From: Firmicutes bacterium HGW-Firmicutes-21 | GTDB taxonomy: Bacteria; Bacillota; Clostridia; Oscillospirales; CAG-382 | Direction: 5' to 3' | Assembly (NCBI GenBank): GCA_002841455.1 | Contig: PGZT01000010.1 | Span: 1 to 57,304 of the forward strand | DNA: 57,304 bases | Part shown: in pieces, positions 1 to 9,194 of the stretch | How the letters are laid out: the number at the start of each line of letters is the position of its first letter | How positions within the stretch are numbered: the first letter of the stretch is position 1 | Program-made: the position numbers and the translations under genes | Notes under the pieces: generated by a model | What the model was told of the DNA's origin: nothing | The model's input: the letters and a program-made list of their open reading frames with translations, nothing else | The model's database searches: none

Positions 1-1890
1 TAAGGAGCTCCTTAACAGAGCGCAGAGCGAAATGTCGTCGGTAGGATTATCAACCGTTTTAAGTGCCGATATGGCAAGCATTATCTCAGGCATTTGAAAA
101 AGACTCTCGTCCTGCTCGGTTATACAGGGGATTCCCGCTCGGCGTAACGCCTGTTCAAAAATACGCACCCGTCCCCGCACCGCCGAAAACAGCAACGCAA
201 TATCGCTGTATTTAATGGGGCTGCCGTCCGCTTTCCTTTGGCTCTCGACCAGCCTTTTTATCTCGGCGGCGATAAACTCCGCTTCTTTTTCCTTTGTTAT
301 CTGTTTTTCGTTTTTATCCTTATTATCATACAGGGAAAGGGCCACCGTAACGGGAAAGCCTGCCGTTTCATCGTTTTTCGCATAAACAAGCTCCTCTCCC
401 TTGTATTCCCGCTTAAAAGCGTTCCCCGTGGTTACTGTCGAGAAAACACTGTTTACAAAGGAAATTATAGCTCTTCCGCAGCGGAAGTTCTCCTTTAGGA
501 AAATCCTTGCATTATCATTATCGGCTGTGTCATCTGAATAATCGGGAAAAGCGTCCTTATAATTAACAAAAATATCCGGATATGCGTTCCTGAAGCGGTA
601 GATGCTCTGCTTTATGTCACCCACCATAAAGCGGTTGTTTTTGCGTGACAATAATGTGAAAATATGATCCTGCAAGGGGTTTACATCCTGATACTCGTCA
701 ATGTATATTTCCTTTAAGCTCTGCCGCAACCTCTCGCACAGCTCGGTTGGTTTCGGGTTGCCGTTCTCATCCTTCCCCTCCAACAGCTGCGCTAAAACAT
801 GCTCCAAATCCGAATAATCGAGTATGTTTCGTTTCTTCTTCGCATCCGAAAAACGGAGGTCGAACAGCTCCAGAACCTCTTTCAACGCTCTGTTTATATC
901 GGCTGTACTGATATAATCCTCATAGATCCGCTCCTCGGACAGCCTGCAGAAATTAACCCTTATATGCTTTAAATAATCGGTTATTTTGCTCTTGCTATCC
1001 TTTAAGAACAGAGCATCCTCCTCACTCATCCCTTTTGTTTTAAGCGGAGGAGTCCTCTTTTTATCCGACATTTCGGCATAGAGCAGGTTATAGCTGTGCT
1101 CTGCCGCATTAATCAAAGCTTCTATATGCGACATAAGTGCTTCGATTGGAGTAATGTTAGCCTCGCTCCCGGCGGAATGCGCAAGGAAGAGCAGAACCTC
1201 CTCGGTCGCCGTTCTTGCTTCACCGAGCCAGAAAATGATTTTTTCCTGTATTTTCGAGCCTAACACGGTGTTAAAAAAGCCGCTTTTTACCATCTCAGCC
1301 TGTTCGAGCAGGTTGTTGTGCTGTACTGCCAGCCAATCGTTATAATTGTGAAAAGCACGCAGGCGGCTGTATAAAGACATAAGTGTTTCGATGAGCGTGT
1401 CGTCGCTTTTTTCCCCTCCGAAATTATCGACAAGGAGCAGAAAACCTCTGTGCTCCTGCTCATATAGATAATCGACAAGCTCCTCCATGCAGTTTCGGGC
1501 AATAATCACAGCCTCGGTTTCGTCCGCTATCCTCATCTTCGGTGAAAAGCCGAGTACGGCGAAATTCTTTTTTATTATCTCATAGCAAAAGGAATGTATA
1601 GTGCTTATTTTCGCTCCGGAGAGCATAAAGAGCTGATTGAACAAATGGCGGTTCTGCGGCTGCGATGCAATAGCCTCGTTAAGAGAATCATACAGCTTCT
1701 CCCGCAGGTCGCCCGCCGCCGCTCTTGTAAATGTAACCACTAAAAAATCCTCGACCGAATCGCCCGATAAAATACGCTCGGTCAAGCGGCGGGTAAGCAC
1801 GGTTGTTTTACCGCTCCCCGCTCCCGCCGATATCAGCAGCGTTTTATTTTTTGATTTTATTGCGTTTGTCTGCGAAACCGTCCATTTCAT
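1..1890 (-). CDS. addA: ATP-dependent helicase/nuclease subunit A (AddA), 3'-truncated by the window edge
   Basis: The minus-strand frame is open from ATG 1890 to position 1. It is absent from the ORF track because it has no stop in the window. The N-terminus MKWTVSQTNAIKSKNKTLLISAGAGSGKTTVL carries UvrD-type motif I. It lies directly downstream of addB. A second in-frame ATG is at 1902. Confidence 0.9.
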   Translation of the reverse strand, partial: MKWTVSQTNAIKSKNKTLLISAGAGSGKTTVLTRRLTERILSGDSVEDFLVVTFTRAAAGDLREKLYDSLNEAIASQPQNRHLFNQLFMLSGAKISTIHSFCYEIIKKNFAVLGFSPKMRIADETEAVIIARNCMEELVDYLYEQEHRGFLLLVDNFGGEKSDDTLIETLMSLYSRLRAFHNYNDWLAVQHNNLLEQAEMVKSGFFNTVLGSKIQEKIIFWLGEARTATEEVLLFLAHSAGSEANITPIEALMSHIEALINAAEHSYNLLYAEMSDKKRTPPLKTKGMSEEDALFLKDSKSKITDYLKHIRVNFCRLSEERIYEDYISTADINRALKEVLELFDLRFSDAKKKRNILDYSDLEHVLAQLLEGKDENGNPKPTELCERLRQSLKEIYIDEYQDVNPLQDHIFTLLSRKNNRFMVGDIKQSIYRFRNAYPDIFVNYKDAFPDYSDDTADNDNARIFLKENFRCGRAIISFVNSVFSTVTTGNAFKREYKGEELVYAKNDETAGFPVTVALSLYDNKDKNEKQITKEKEAEFIAAEIKRLVESQRKADGSPIKYSDIALLFSAVRGRVRIFEQALRRAGIPCITEQDESLFQMPEIMLAISALKTVDNPTDDISLCALLRSSL

Positions 1891-1896
1891 TATTAT

Positions 1897-2004
1897 TACC
1901 ATTCCTTTAGGTAGTGAGCGGGAATTGTGCCGTTTCACCTTTAGGTAAATTACTGTGCTTTTCTCAGTAAAGGCACAAAACCGTTTTTGAAAGATTTATC
2001 CTCC
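1897..2004 (-). repeat. structured intergenic repeat, family A, copy 1
   Basis: ACCATTCCTTTAGGTAGTGAGCGGGAATTGTGCC .. hairpin 1951-1969 .. AAGGCACAAAACCGTTTTTGAAAGATTTATCC. It fills the addB-addA spacer. Confidence 0.7.
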
Positions 2005-2094
2005 AAACTTATAGCCCCTTATAGATACGGATTATCCCTTTATAAGCCTTATAATCTTCTTTTCGTCTGCATTAGGGTTGATTTTAATTTATAG

Positions 2095-5000
2095 CTATTC
2101 CGTGTAACGGCAGACCGCTTTATAATCGCAGTATCTACAGGCATCGTGCTTCTCGTCAAGCCGCTTTGGTTTTATGCACATATCCCCGTCAAACACTCTT
2201 TCCGCAAGGGAAACGATTTGCCTTGCAAGCTTTTTTTCAAGCTCTGCAAAGCCGTTTTCGTCTAATAACCGTTTCTCGCAGCAATCATAAAAGCCGCCGT
2301 CCTTTTTTAGCTTTACAGGTATAAAATTGCCGCTTCCGTTTTTTTCCATAGCGGTTATAACACCCTTGTCATTTAAAATCACACCTGTGCGTTTAAGTGC
2401 CGAGTGCAGCTCTTTGTTTATTTCCTCATCGCTCTCATCGCCGTCAATGTTGATTGTAGGCAGCTTTGCGGCATAATAAAGTATTCCGGCCGGCTTGCGG
2501 TTCTCTCCTGCGGCGCAATAGGCAAACAGATAGTTTAGCATCTGGGTGTCTATCCCTTCGTCCACAAGCTCAAGAGAGAAATCCTTGCCGAAGGTCTTGT
2601 AATCCACAACCCTTACATATGTAATACCCTCTGCGGTATATGTGTCGACTCTGTCAATCGAGCCTCTTATCAAGACCTTTTTATTGTTTATGTCAAAGCT
2701 GACCGGCGGCAGGCTGTTCTCCTCATCATAGCCGATTTTAAGCTCAAAACCAACGGGCAGGAACTCGCTCTGCGAGAACTCGTCGGATAGATTGTGCAAC
2801 AGCAGATTCAAGGTCTTTTTTAAATTGGCATAGGTATGCAGAAACCGGCGGCTCTTACCCTCAAGTCCGCCTACAACCTTTAAAAAATATTCCTCCGCAA
2901 GCGTATCCACCGATTGTGTTATCTCGCTCTCGCTCGGAGGTGAAAAAACACCGCTCCGTGTGTGTTCCATTAGGAACTGCTCCAGTATCTTATGTATAAA
3001 GGTGCCGATTTCGGGGGTGGAGAACTTTATTTTTTGTTTCTTCTTCAATTTCAACACAAAGCAGGCAAAATATGAGAACGCACAGTAATTATACCGCTCG
3101 ATTCTGCTCGGCGACAGGTTGAGCTGCTCCGCTTTCATCTCTATATAAGCATCCTTGTCAAAAAGAGGTGTTGTTATTTCGGAGATGCTTATACCGTTTT
3201 GCTTGAGAAGGGTGCGGATATAATTTTTAAGGGTGTCATCCTTTAATGTCCGGCAGAAGAAAGCGGCGGATTCCTTAGAATACAAGTAGTCCGATTCCTC
3301 ATCACCGAAACGGATTGTCCTTATTGACGGCAGCAGCTTCTTAATCCTTGTAACAGCGAGCGAGGGACGCCTTGAGCCGCCCGAAAAGTCACCTGACGGA
3401 TATGTAAGTATAAGATAATCCGACGGTGCGGCAGCCGCCGCATAAAACAGAAAACGCTCTCTGTTCTGCTGCTCGAATTTGGTTATTCCGATATTACAGT
3501 CGGCTTCCTCTAAGAGCATAAGCTCGTCATCCTCAAAAAAACCGTCTCCCGAGGGGAATGCGGGGAAAATACCGTCGTTAACACCGCCGAGTATTTGAGC
3601 ACGGCAGGCGTCGGGACGGAACAGCGAGGCGGAGCCGATTCTTATCTGATCCACCGAGGTGGGTATGGAGCCGACAGTGTATTCGTCGCTCATAAGCTTT
3701 ATAAGCTCATACAGTCTGCTTATGCTCACGATTTCGTCTCCGCTCACCCTGTAGAGCTGATCGAAAATATTCATAAGCATATCCCAGAGCTGCCGTTCCT
3801 TCTGTGCCTCCTCCTCACTGCCGATACTGCGGAGGTATTGCGTTTTTTCAAGCAGTCTCCTGTCGGTTTCCGTATCCGTCAGATGCTTATACAACGCACC
3901 GACCGCCTGCTTTACCGTAATGCTCTTTTGTGTCAGCGTTTGCCGCAGGTCCGCCAGAAGCGGCACTATTTTTCCCCTTGCACGGTTAGCTATTTCGAGA
4001 ATGTGCGCTCCGTAAGGGGAGAGCTGCTCATTGTAGCCCTCCGGGTTCATCATCCATTCACTGTCGCCGTACCAGAGCTTTCCCCGTATATCCCACATCT
4101 CGGCATAACGGAGCATAATATCGCTCTCCCCGACAGTAAGCGGTGTAAAACCCGTTTTTACATACTTTTTTATGGCGGAAACCGAAAAATCGGTAATAAT
4201 CGACTCAAGGCAGGCAAAAACAAAGGAAAAAAGCGGCTTGGTACTCAGCTCATCCTTTGCGGACATATAAAAGGGGATATTATTCCGTTCCAAAACGACA
4301 TCGATAACGCCCTCATAATCGGATAGGTTGCCGAAAACGAGCGAGATATCCCTATAACGCAGCCCAAAATCCCTTGTCAGCCGTATAATCTCAGAGGCTA
4401 TCGCCTCGGATTCTTCAAAAACATTCCTCGCTTCAATAATACGGATATTACCGTCGCACTCATCCAAAGAGACGGTGTCCTGCTCCCATAAATGCCTCTC
4501 GATATGCGCCAATGAAGCAGAGGAATGCCGTTTGCACTCACCTGTATAAACATCGGTACATATGCCACCCGCCTGCCGTTTTATTCTGTCTGCACTCGCC
4601 TTGTTTTCCTTAAAAAGGGCTTTGTCGCTCCCGTCACAGGTAAAGGCGATATATGTATCCGTACTCTGGCGTATTATATGAGTGATTATTGCGTACTCCT
4701 GCTCGGTGAAGGTATAATACCCATCAATAAAAACGGTATAGCCCTTAAAGAATTTATGCTTTTGAAGCTCCTCTCCGAGCATTGTAAGTGCGTCCAACGG
4801 ATCGTTAAGCTCAGCCGTGAAACGCTGTGTGTAGCTCTCGAATATAAGGGAGATATCCTTCAGCTTTGCATATAAACGCTTGTTGCTTTTAACGGCAACG
4901 CTCTCCGCTATTTCAGATAGCTTACCGGGGGAAATACCCCCTGCCTTTAATCGTCCGATAACCGAAATAATGCTCCTCACAAAATCGCTGTTTGCGCTCA

Positions 5001-5325
5001 CATTCTTGTATTCGGTGAGCCTGTCGGCAAGCTTTTCAAGCGTGAAGGACATTAAAATATTCCTGCCGCCGTCATCGATATATTTTACCGCAAGGTTGCC
5101 GTGTTCACGGGCAATGCGGTTTGGCAGCCGCTCGAAGTTCAACACCTCGACGCTCATATTGTAGCTGTCGCCAAGAAAATCGTTCAATCTCCTTTCGGCA
5201 GACAGGGACTGCTGCTCGGGTACTATATACAAGCAACCTTTTCCTTTATGAGATACTCCCTTTAGTACAGAGAGCATATATTCGGTTTTACCGCTGCCCG
5301 AAACACCCATTACCCGATGCAGCAC
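2095..5325 (-). CDS. addB: ATP-dependent helicase/deoxyribonuclease subunit B (AddB)
   Basis: 1076-aa ORF with an N-terminal GVSGSGKTEYM P-loop. The C-terminal nuclease region has the AddB Fe-S cysteines (..CRYCDYKAVCRY). The GTG start follows AAAGGGGG. Confidence 0.95.
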   Translation of the reverse strand: MLHRVMGVSGSGKTEYMLSVLKGVSHKGKGCLYIVPEQQSLSAERRLNDFLGDSYNMSVEVLNFERLPNRIAREHGNLAVKYIDDGGRNILMSFTLEKLADRLTEYKNVSANSDFVRSIISVIGRLKAGGISPGKLSEIAESVAVKSNKRLYAKLKDISLIFESYTQRFTAELNDPLDALTMLGEELQKHKFFKGYTVFIDGYYTFTEQEYAIITHIIRQSTDTYIAFTCDGSDKALFKENKASADRIKRQAGGICTDVYTGECKRHSSASLAHIERHLWEQDTVSLDECDGNIRIIEARNVFEESEAIASEIIRLTRDFGLRYRDISLVFGNLSDYEGVIDVVLERNNIPFYMSAKDELSTKPLFSFVFACLESIITDFSVSAIKKYVKTGFTPLTVGESDIMLRYAEMWDIRGKLWYGDSEWMMNPEGYNEQLSPYGAHILEIANRARGKIVPLLADLRQTLTQKSITVKQAVGALYKHLTDTETDRRLLEKTQYLRSIGSEEEAQKERQLWDMLMNIFDQLYRVSGDEIVSISRLYELIKLMSDEYTVGSIPTSVDQIRIGSASLFRPDACRAQILGGVNDGIFPAFPSGDGFFEDDELMLLEEADCNIGITKFEQQNRERFLFYAAAAAPSDYLILTYPSGDFSGGSRRPSLAVTRIKKLLPSIRTIRFGDEESDYLYSKESAAFFCRTLKDDTLKNYIRTLLKQNGISISEITTPLFDKDAYIEMKAEQLNLSPSRIERYNYCAFSYFACFVLKLKKKQKIKFSTPEIGTFIHKILEQFLMEHTRSGVFSPPSESEITQSVDTLAEEYFLKVVGGLEGKSRRFLHTYANLKKTLNLLLHNLSDEFSQSEFLPVGFELKIGYDEENSLPPVSFDINNKKVLIRGSIDRVDTYTAEGITYVRVVDYKTFGKDFSLELVDEGIDTQMLNYLFAYCAAGENRKPAGILYYAAKLPTINIDGDESDEEINKELHSALKRTGVILNDKGVITAMEKNGSGNFIPVKLKKDGGFYDCCEKRLLDENGFAELEKKLARQIVSLAERVFDGDMCIKPKRLDEKHDACRYCDYKAVCRYTE

Positions 5326-5338
5326 ATGTATTCCCCCT

Positions 5339-5929
5339 TTAATTGAACAGCTCTAAAATTTTGAACCTGAAAACATACTTCTTTGATGTATAGACCTTGC
5401 TGCCGCTTTTACTTACACCGACTTCCTCAAGGTTGCTCTTAGCGGTGGAGGCATTTGTGCAGAGCGGCGGGAAAAGCACGCACCACCAATTATCGCCGTC
5501 GGCTTCCCCGATATTTATACGGAGCGAATAATATTCCCCCGACGGAAAGGAAATTCCGTCATATTCTCGTGTCGGGTAGCTCTCTTTACCCCATACAGCC
5601 TGTGCCGAATATAAAAAACCGTTTTCCGTAATGACACGGTTTGCTATATGTGTAAACCGCTCGCCTAACCGCTCCATCTCGTCAAGCGGGAGCTTGTCCG
5701 TTGCGGTGTTCTCAAAGAGCGTACCGCTCTCCGCTATTATGGCATCTCTGACCAACAGCTTTAACCGCTGATCGTCGTCTGTATTTGAGTTTGCCAATAT
5801 GTGCAGACGGATAACACTGTCGTAAACCTCGCTCTCGTCACGCGGAATAAAACAATCCACAGAGAGTAGCAGTAAAAAGGATATGCAGAATGCAAGAATG
5901 GACCTTGATAATAAGGAAACGCTTTTCAT
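5339..5929 (-). CDS. spoIIR: stage II sporulation protein R
   Basis: 196 aa with an N-terminal signal/TM segment. It carries the IRLHILANSNTDDDQRLKLLVRDAI motif typical of SpoIIR. GGAGG SD. Confidence 0.85.
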   Translation of the reverse strand: MKSVSLLSRSILAFCISFLLLLSVDCFIPRDESEVYDSVIRLHILANSNTDDDQRLKLLVRDAIIAESGTLFENTATDKLPLDEMERLGERFTHIANRVITENGFLYSAQAVWGKESYPTREYDGISFPSGEYYSLRINIGEADGDNWWCVLFPPLCTNASTAKSNLEEVGVSKSGSKVYTSKKYVFRFKILELFN

Positions 5930-6010
5930 TTAAGTAAACCTCCGAACTAATTTTAACGGTAAATTTATAATACCGTAACATTATTATCGGCGTCTACAGA
6001 GCACTTTAAG

Positions 6011-6595
6011 CTATTTATTATCCTCTTTATTCTCCTTTTTATCCTTTTTTGTTCCGTTTTGCGTCTTATTTTTGCTTTCTTTTTCTAAAACAGTATCCTT
6101 ATCACGCATAAGCTGAAGCAGACGCTCGCATACTATACGCAATCCTGCCGCTTGCAGAGCCGTGGACAGGATGTATTCGGGCAGAGCGCTCTCGTCAAGA
6201 TTATCGTTGAGATTTTCCGCCGTTTCCGTCATTGCCTTGTCTATATGCGTACCGACTAGCTCATAAAAGCTCTTTGCGTCAAGGCTGTCGTTCTGCTTTT
6301 TCAATAAATATTCCATATCATTAACGCTCATAACCGGCTTGAGCGCACATATCGCCGTTAAAAAAGCAAGGTGCTCCCTGCCGTATTTTTTCCCGTTTGG
6401 TCTTGGTAACGCACCTGCTTTTATATAGTTATTTATCATTGCGCTGGTCAGGATCTCCCCGTTTTCCGATGGTAGTAGCTGCCGCTGCATATACGACAGA
6501 ACCTGGTCCTTGTACAGCTCTATATCCGGGAGCTGTTCCCAGTATGCAGGTCGTGTGACGCGCAGTTTTTCTTTTAATTCTTTAATCTTTTCCAT
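6011..6595 (-). CDS. DUF1836-family protein (YkrK-like) with a Lys-rich tail
   Basis: 194 aa. The core TSAMINNYIKAGALPRPNGKKYGREHLAFL resembles DUF1836 proteins, recalled from memory. Confidence 0.55.
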   Translation of the reverse strand: MEKIKELKEKLRVTRPAYWEQLPDIELYKDQVLSYMQRQLLPSENGEILTSAMINNYIKAGALPRPNGKKYGREHLAFLTAICALKPVMSVNDMEYLLKKQNDSLDAKSFYELVGTHIDKAMTETAENLNDNLDESALPEYILSTALQAAGLRIVCERLLQLMRDKDTVLEKESKNKTQNGTKKDKKENKEDNK

Positions 6596-6671
6596 ATATC
6601 CTAACCCCTAATTTATTATCGGTTATATAATAACATAAATACCTAAATTTGTAAATAATTGATTTTGCCTA

Positions 6672-6700
6672 TTGACATATGTAATGTCGTGTAATATAAT
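6672..6700 (+). promoter_or_regulatory. sigma-A type promoter for the SGNH hydrolase gene
   Basis: TTGACA (6672-6677), a 17-nt spacer, then TATAAT (6695-6700), about 40 nt upstream of ATG 6740. Confidence 0.6.
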
Positions 6701-6739
6701 ATCGATTATCATATCAAGCGATACGGAGGATGTTTTTGC

Positions 6740-7426
6740 ATGAAGGTTTGTGTATTCGGGGATTCCATAGCCAAGGGTGTTATATATGACGAGGAAAAAA
6801 AGAGGTATGCTATTCTGAAAGACAGTATAGTAAATATGGTGCAGGAGCGCACCGATATAGAGATTAATAATTATGCCTGTTTCGGCTGTACGGTTACCAA
6901 GGGCTTTAATCTGCTCGAGAAGGTTGAGGGAGAGCTAAAGGATTGCGAGTATACCTTTATTGAGTTCGGGGGTAATGACTGCGATTTTAAATGGTCGGAG
7001 GTGGCTCAAAACCCCGACATTAATCACGACTGTAACACACCGCTTGAGGTCTTTAAGGAAAAATACAAAAAAATGATTGAGCGTGTTTGGGCTGCCGGCA
7101 GCCGTCCTGTGCTTATAACCCTGCCGCCGATTGACTCGAAAAGGTTTTTCAATTGGGTGAGCAAGGGACTGAACAAGGATAATATCCTCAAATTCTTGGG
7201 CGATGTTGAGCATATAGGACGCTGGCAGAGTGCGTTTAATGATGCGGTTCACCAGCTATCCGGTCTGTTCGGGCTGCCCGTTTTGGATATAAGGAGTATT
7301 TTCTTTAAGCAAAATAATTTTACCGATTATCTGTGCGAGGACGGAATACATCCAAACAAAGAGGGACATAAGCTCATGTATACGGCAATTGCGGAGAGAA
7401 CAAATCTAATTCCGCTGCCCGTTTAA
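6740..7426 (+). CDS. SGNH/GDSL-family hydrolase
   Basis: 228 aa. Block I is VFGDSIAKG, block III is FGGNDC and block V is DGIHPNKEGH. GGAGGA SD. Confidence 0.8.
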   Translation: MKVCVFGDSIAKGVIYDEEKKRYAILKDSIVNMVQERTDIEINNYACFGCTVTKGFNLLEKVEGELKDCEYTFIEFGGNDCDFKWSEVAQNPDINHDCNTPLEVFKEKYKKMIERVWAAGSRPVLITLPPIDSKRFFNWVSKGLNKDNILKFLGDVEHIGRWQSAFNDAVHQLSGLFGLPVLDIRSIFFKQNNFTDYLCEDGIHPNKEGHKLMYTAIAERTNLIPLPV

Positions 7427-7440
7427 CAACTATATAATAA

Positions 7441-7472
7441 AAGCATCTGTATTTGGATGTTTTTATTTTTTT
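7441..7472 (+). terminator. weak intrinsic terminator after the SGNH hydrolase gene
   Basis: An AGCATCT..GGATGTT hairpin containing G.U pairs, followed by TTTTTATTTTTTT. Confidence 0.45.
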
Positions 7473-7551
7473 GTAATTTTATATTGACATCCTTGTAGGA
7501 TAGTGTTAGTATAATATATATTTAAATTGAGCGGAAAGGGAAGAAATACTT

Positions 7552-9144
7552 ATGAAATATATCGGCAAAAAGATTCTCGTTTTAGCCATATGTATTGTTT
7601 TAACTTTATCCTTTATTCTCGGAGCCTGTAATACGGAGCCCTCTGTAAACGGCAGCTCAGAGGAGGAGCATTCATCTATCATTGATGCCCAGAGCAGCGA
7701 GGAATCGGATTCCTCCGAGGATATATCGGACGACACCTCGTCGGACATATCGGGTTTACGCGGCGGATATGACCCGACTTACGGTAAATATTTCGTAAAT
7801 ATGCCTGAATTTAAGTGGAGCGATAAAACGGAATTCAAGGTCTTAGTGTATGATAACACTATTCAAAAAACATATTATTCAGAAGAAGTCGGCACGGATA
7901 AGCCGGATATTATCGATGTTTTTATTAATGAATCCGTAAGAGAACGGAACGATATTGTTCTTGAAAAATACGGTGTTGAGATCAAAGCTATATACGCAAG
8001 CGATGTAAGGCAGGAACTTGTATATGACACGCTTGCCGGAACCGGCTTATATGACGCGGCGATGCCCTTTTTCTTAGCCTGTACAACTCTTGCGCAGAAT
8101 GGGCATTTGTACAACCTTGCCGATGAGCGATTTAATGATTATATTGACTTAAATATGCCCTGGTGGGATCAGAACACTACCGAATCGTTTTCCATAGGAA
8201 ACAAGGTATACTTTACAACCGGAGATATTTCATTCTCTCAAAAGAAAACATCATTGGCGGTTCTCTTTAACAAGAATATGCTTGCACAGAAGTTTCCCGA
8301 TGTCGACCTTTATAAGATGGTCAGGAATGGCGAATGGACGCTCGATGAGATGATAACCCTCTCAAAGGCAGTTACCAAGGATACCGACGGAATAGCCGGT
8401 TTCACCTATAAGGATACATGGGGGCTCGCCTCCTCCTACTCCGACGCCATGATGTTTTACTTGGCGTCAGGCGAGCGTATGATAACAAAGGATGCAAATG
8501 ATTTTCCAAACATTGCTATCGGCAGCGAAAGGTCGATAACCGTTGCTCAAAATGTACTTGAACAGCTCCAGTACCAAAATAAATGGGTAACCCACTGTAA
8601 CGAATATGATGTAACGGATATCTGGCAAAAATCACTTGACATATTTACCGAGAATCGTGCGCTTTTCCGCACATCAAACCTTATTGTTACTAAATTTTTA
8701 AGGCAATCCAATAAAACGGATCTCGATTTCGGCGTATTACCGATGCCAAAGTACAATGCTGAACAAGAATCTTATTACACGCCCTGTGCGGCTTTAATGG
8801 CACATGCTATTGTTATCCCGGTTGGCTTACCGGACCCGGAGTTCTCCGCTTTTATGATTGAGGTTATGGCATGCGAGGCAAAGAATTATATAACTCCTGC
8901 TTATTATGACTATACTTTAAAATACAGAGATATGAGGGATGACGAAAGCGCCGAAATGCTTGACATTATCTTTGATAATGTTGTATACGATATGGATATG
9001 GTTTACAATTTTGGCGCAGCAAATATCTTTACGACCCTGATGAACAACAGAAGCAATGATTTCGTAAGTATGTTTGATTACCGAAGAGATCATATAATTT
9101 ATGCTATAGAAAAAATGATTTTTGACATAGAGAACTTAGAATAA
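7552..9144 (+). CDS. extracellular solute-binding lipoprotein (ABC-type, family 1-like), orphan
   Basis: 530 aa with lipobox LGAC, then an acidic Ser-rich linker. The size and composition fit large sugar-binding SBPs. No permease or ATPase gene is adjacent. Confidence 0.65.
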   Translation: MKYIGKKILVLAICIVLTLSFILGACNTEPSVNGSSEEEHSSIIDAQSSEESDSSEDISDDTSSDISGLRGGYDPTYGKYFVNMPEFKWSDKTEFKVLVYDNTIQKTYYSEEVGTDKPDIIDVFINESVRERNDIVLEKYGVEIKAIYASDVRQELVYDTLAGTGLYDAAMPFFLACTTLAQNGHLYNLADERFNDYIDLNMPWWDQNTTESFSIGNKVYFTTGDISFSQKKTSLAVLFNKNMLAQKFPDVDLYKMVRNGEWTLDEMITLSKAVTKDTDGIAGFTYKDTWGLASSYSDAMMFYLASGERMITKDANDFPNIAIGSERSITVAQNVLEQLQYQNKWVTHCNEYDVTDIWQKSLDIFTENRALFRTSNLIVTKFLRQSNKTDLDFGVLPMPKYNAEQESYYTPCAALMAHAIVIPVGLPDPEFSAFMIEVMACEAKNYITPAYYDYTLKYRDMRDDESAEMLDIIFDNVVYDMDMVYNFGAANIFTTLMNNRSNDFVSMFDYRRDHIIYAIEKMIFDIENLE

Positions 9145-9157
9145 TAAAACATAATAG

Positions 9158-9185
9158 AAAAATCCGAAGTGATTCGGATTTTTTT
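9158..9185. terminator. bidirectional intrinsic terminator between convergent genes
   Basis: AAAAATCCGAA-GTGA-TTCGGATTTTT, with A/T runs on both sides. It lies between the stop at 9144 (+) and the stop at 9195 (-). Confidence 0.8.
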
Positions 9186-9194
9186 GTTGCTATA

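Noticed and set aside
3595-4326. Long antisense ORFs inside well-supported genes. Examples are 3595-4326 in addB, 13917-14528 in polC, 17697-18203 in ispG, 31052-31774 in uvrB, 35019-35630 in the ferredoxin gene and 55683-56162 in trpE.
   Set aside because: Each lies entirely opposite a gene with unmistakable family motifs. Their translated sequences are low-complexity, Arg/Leu/Ser-rich or Cys-rich, and lack SD sequences. They are typical shadow ORFs.
5930-6010. A forespore sigma-F type promoter upstream of spoIIR (GGTATTATA-like -10 on the minus strand).
   Set aside because: I cannot reproduce the sigma-F consensus reliably from memory, and the match is partial. It is left uncalled.
7484-7515. 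A TTGACA / TATAAT pair upstream of the SBP lipoprotein gene.
   Set aside because: The hexamers are perfect, but the spacer is 20 nt by my count, which is outside the functional 16-18 nt range. It is not reported as a promoter.
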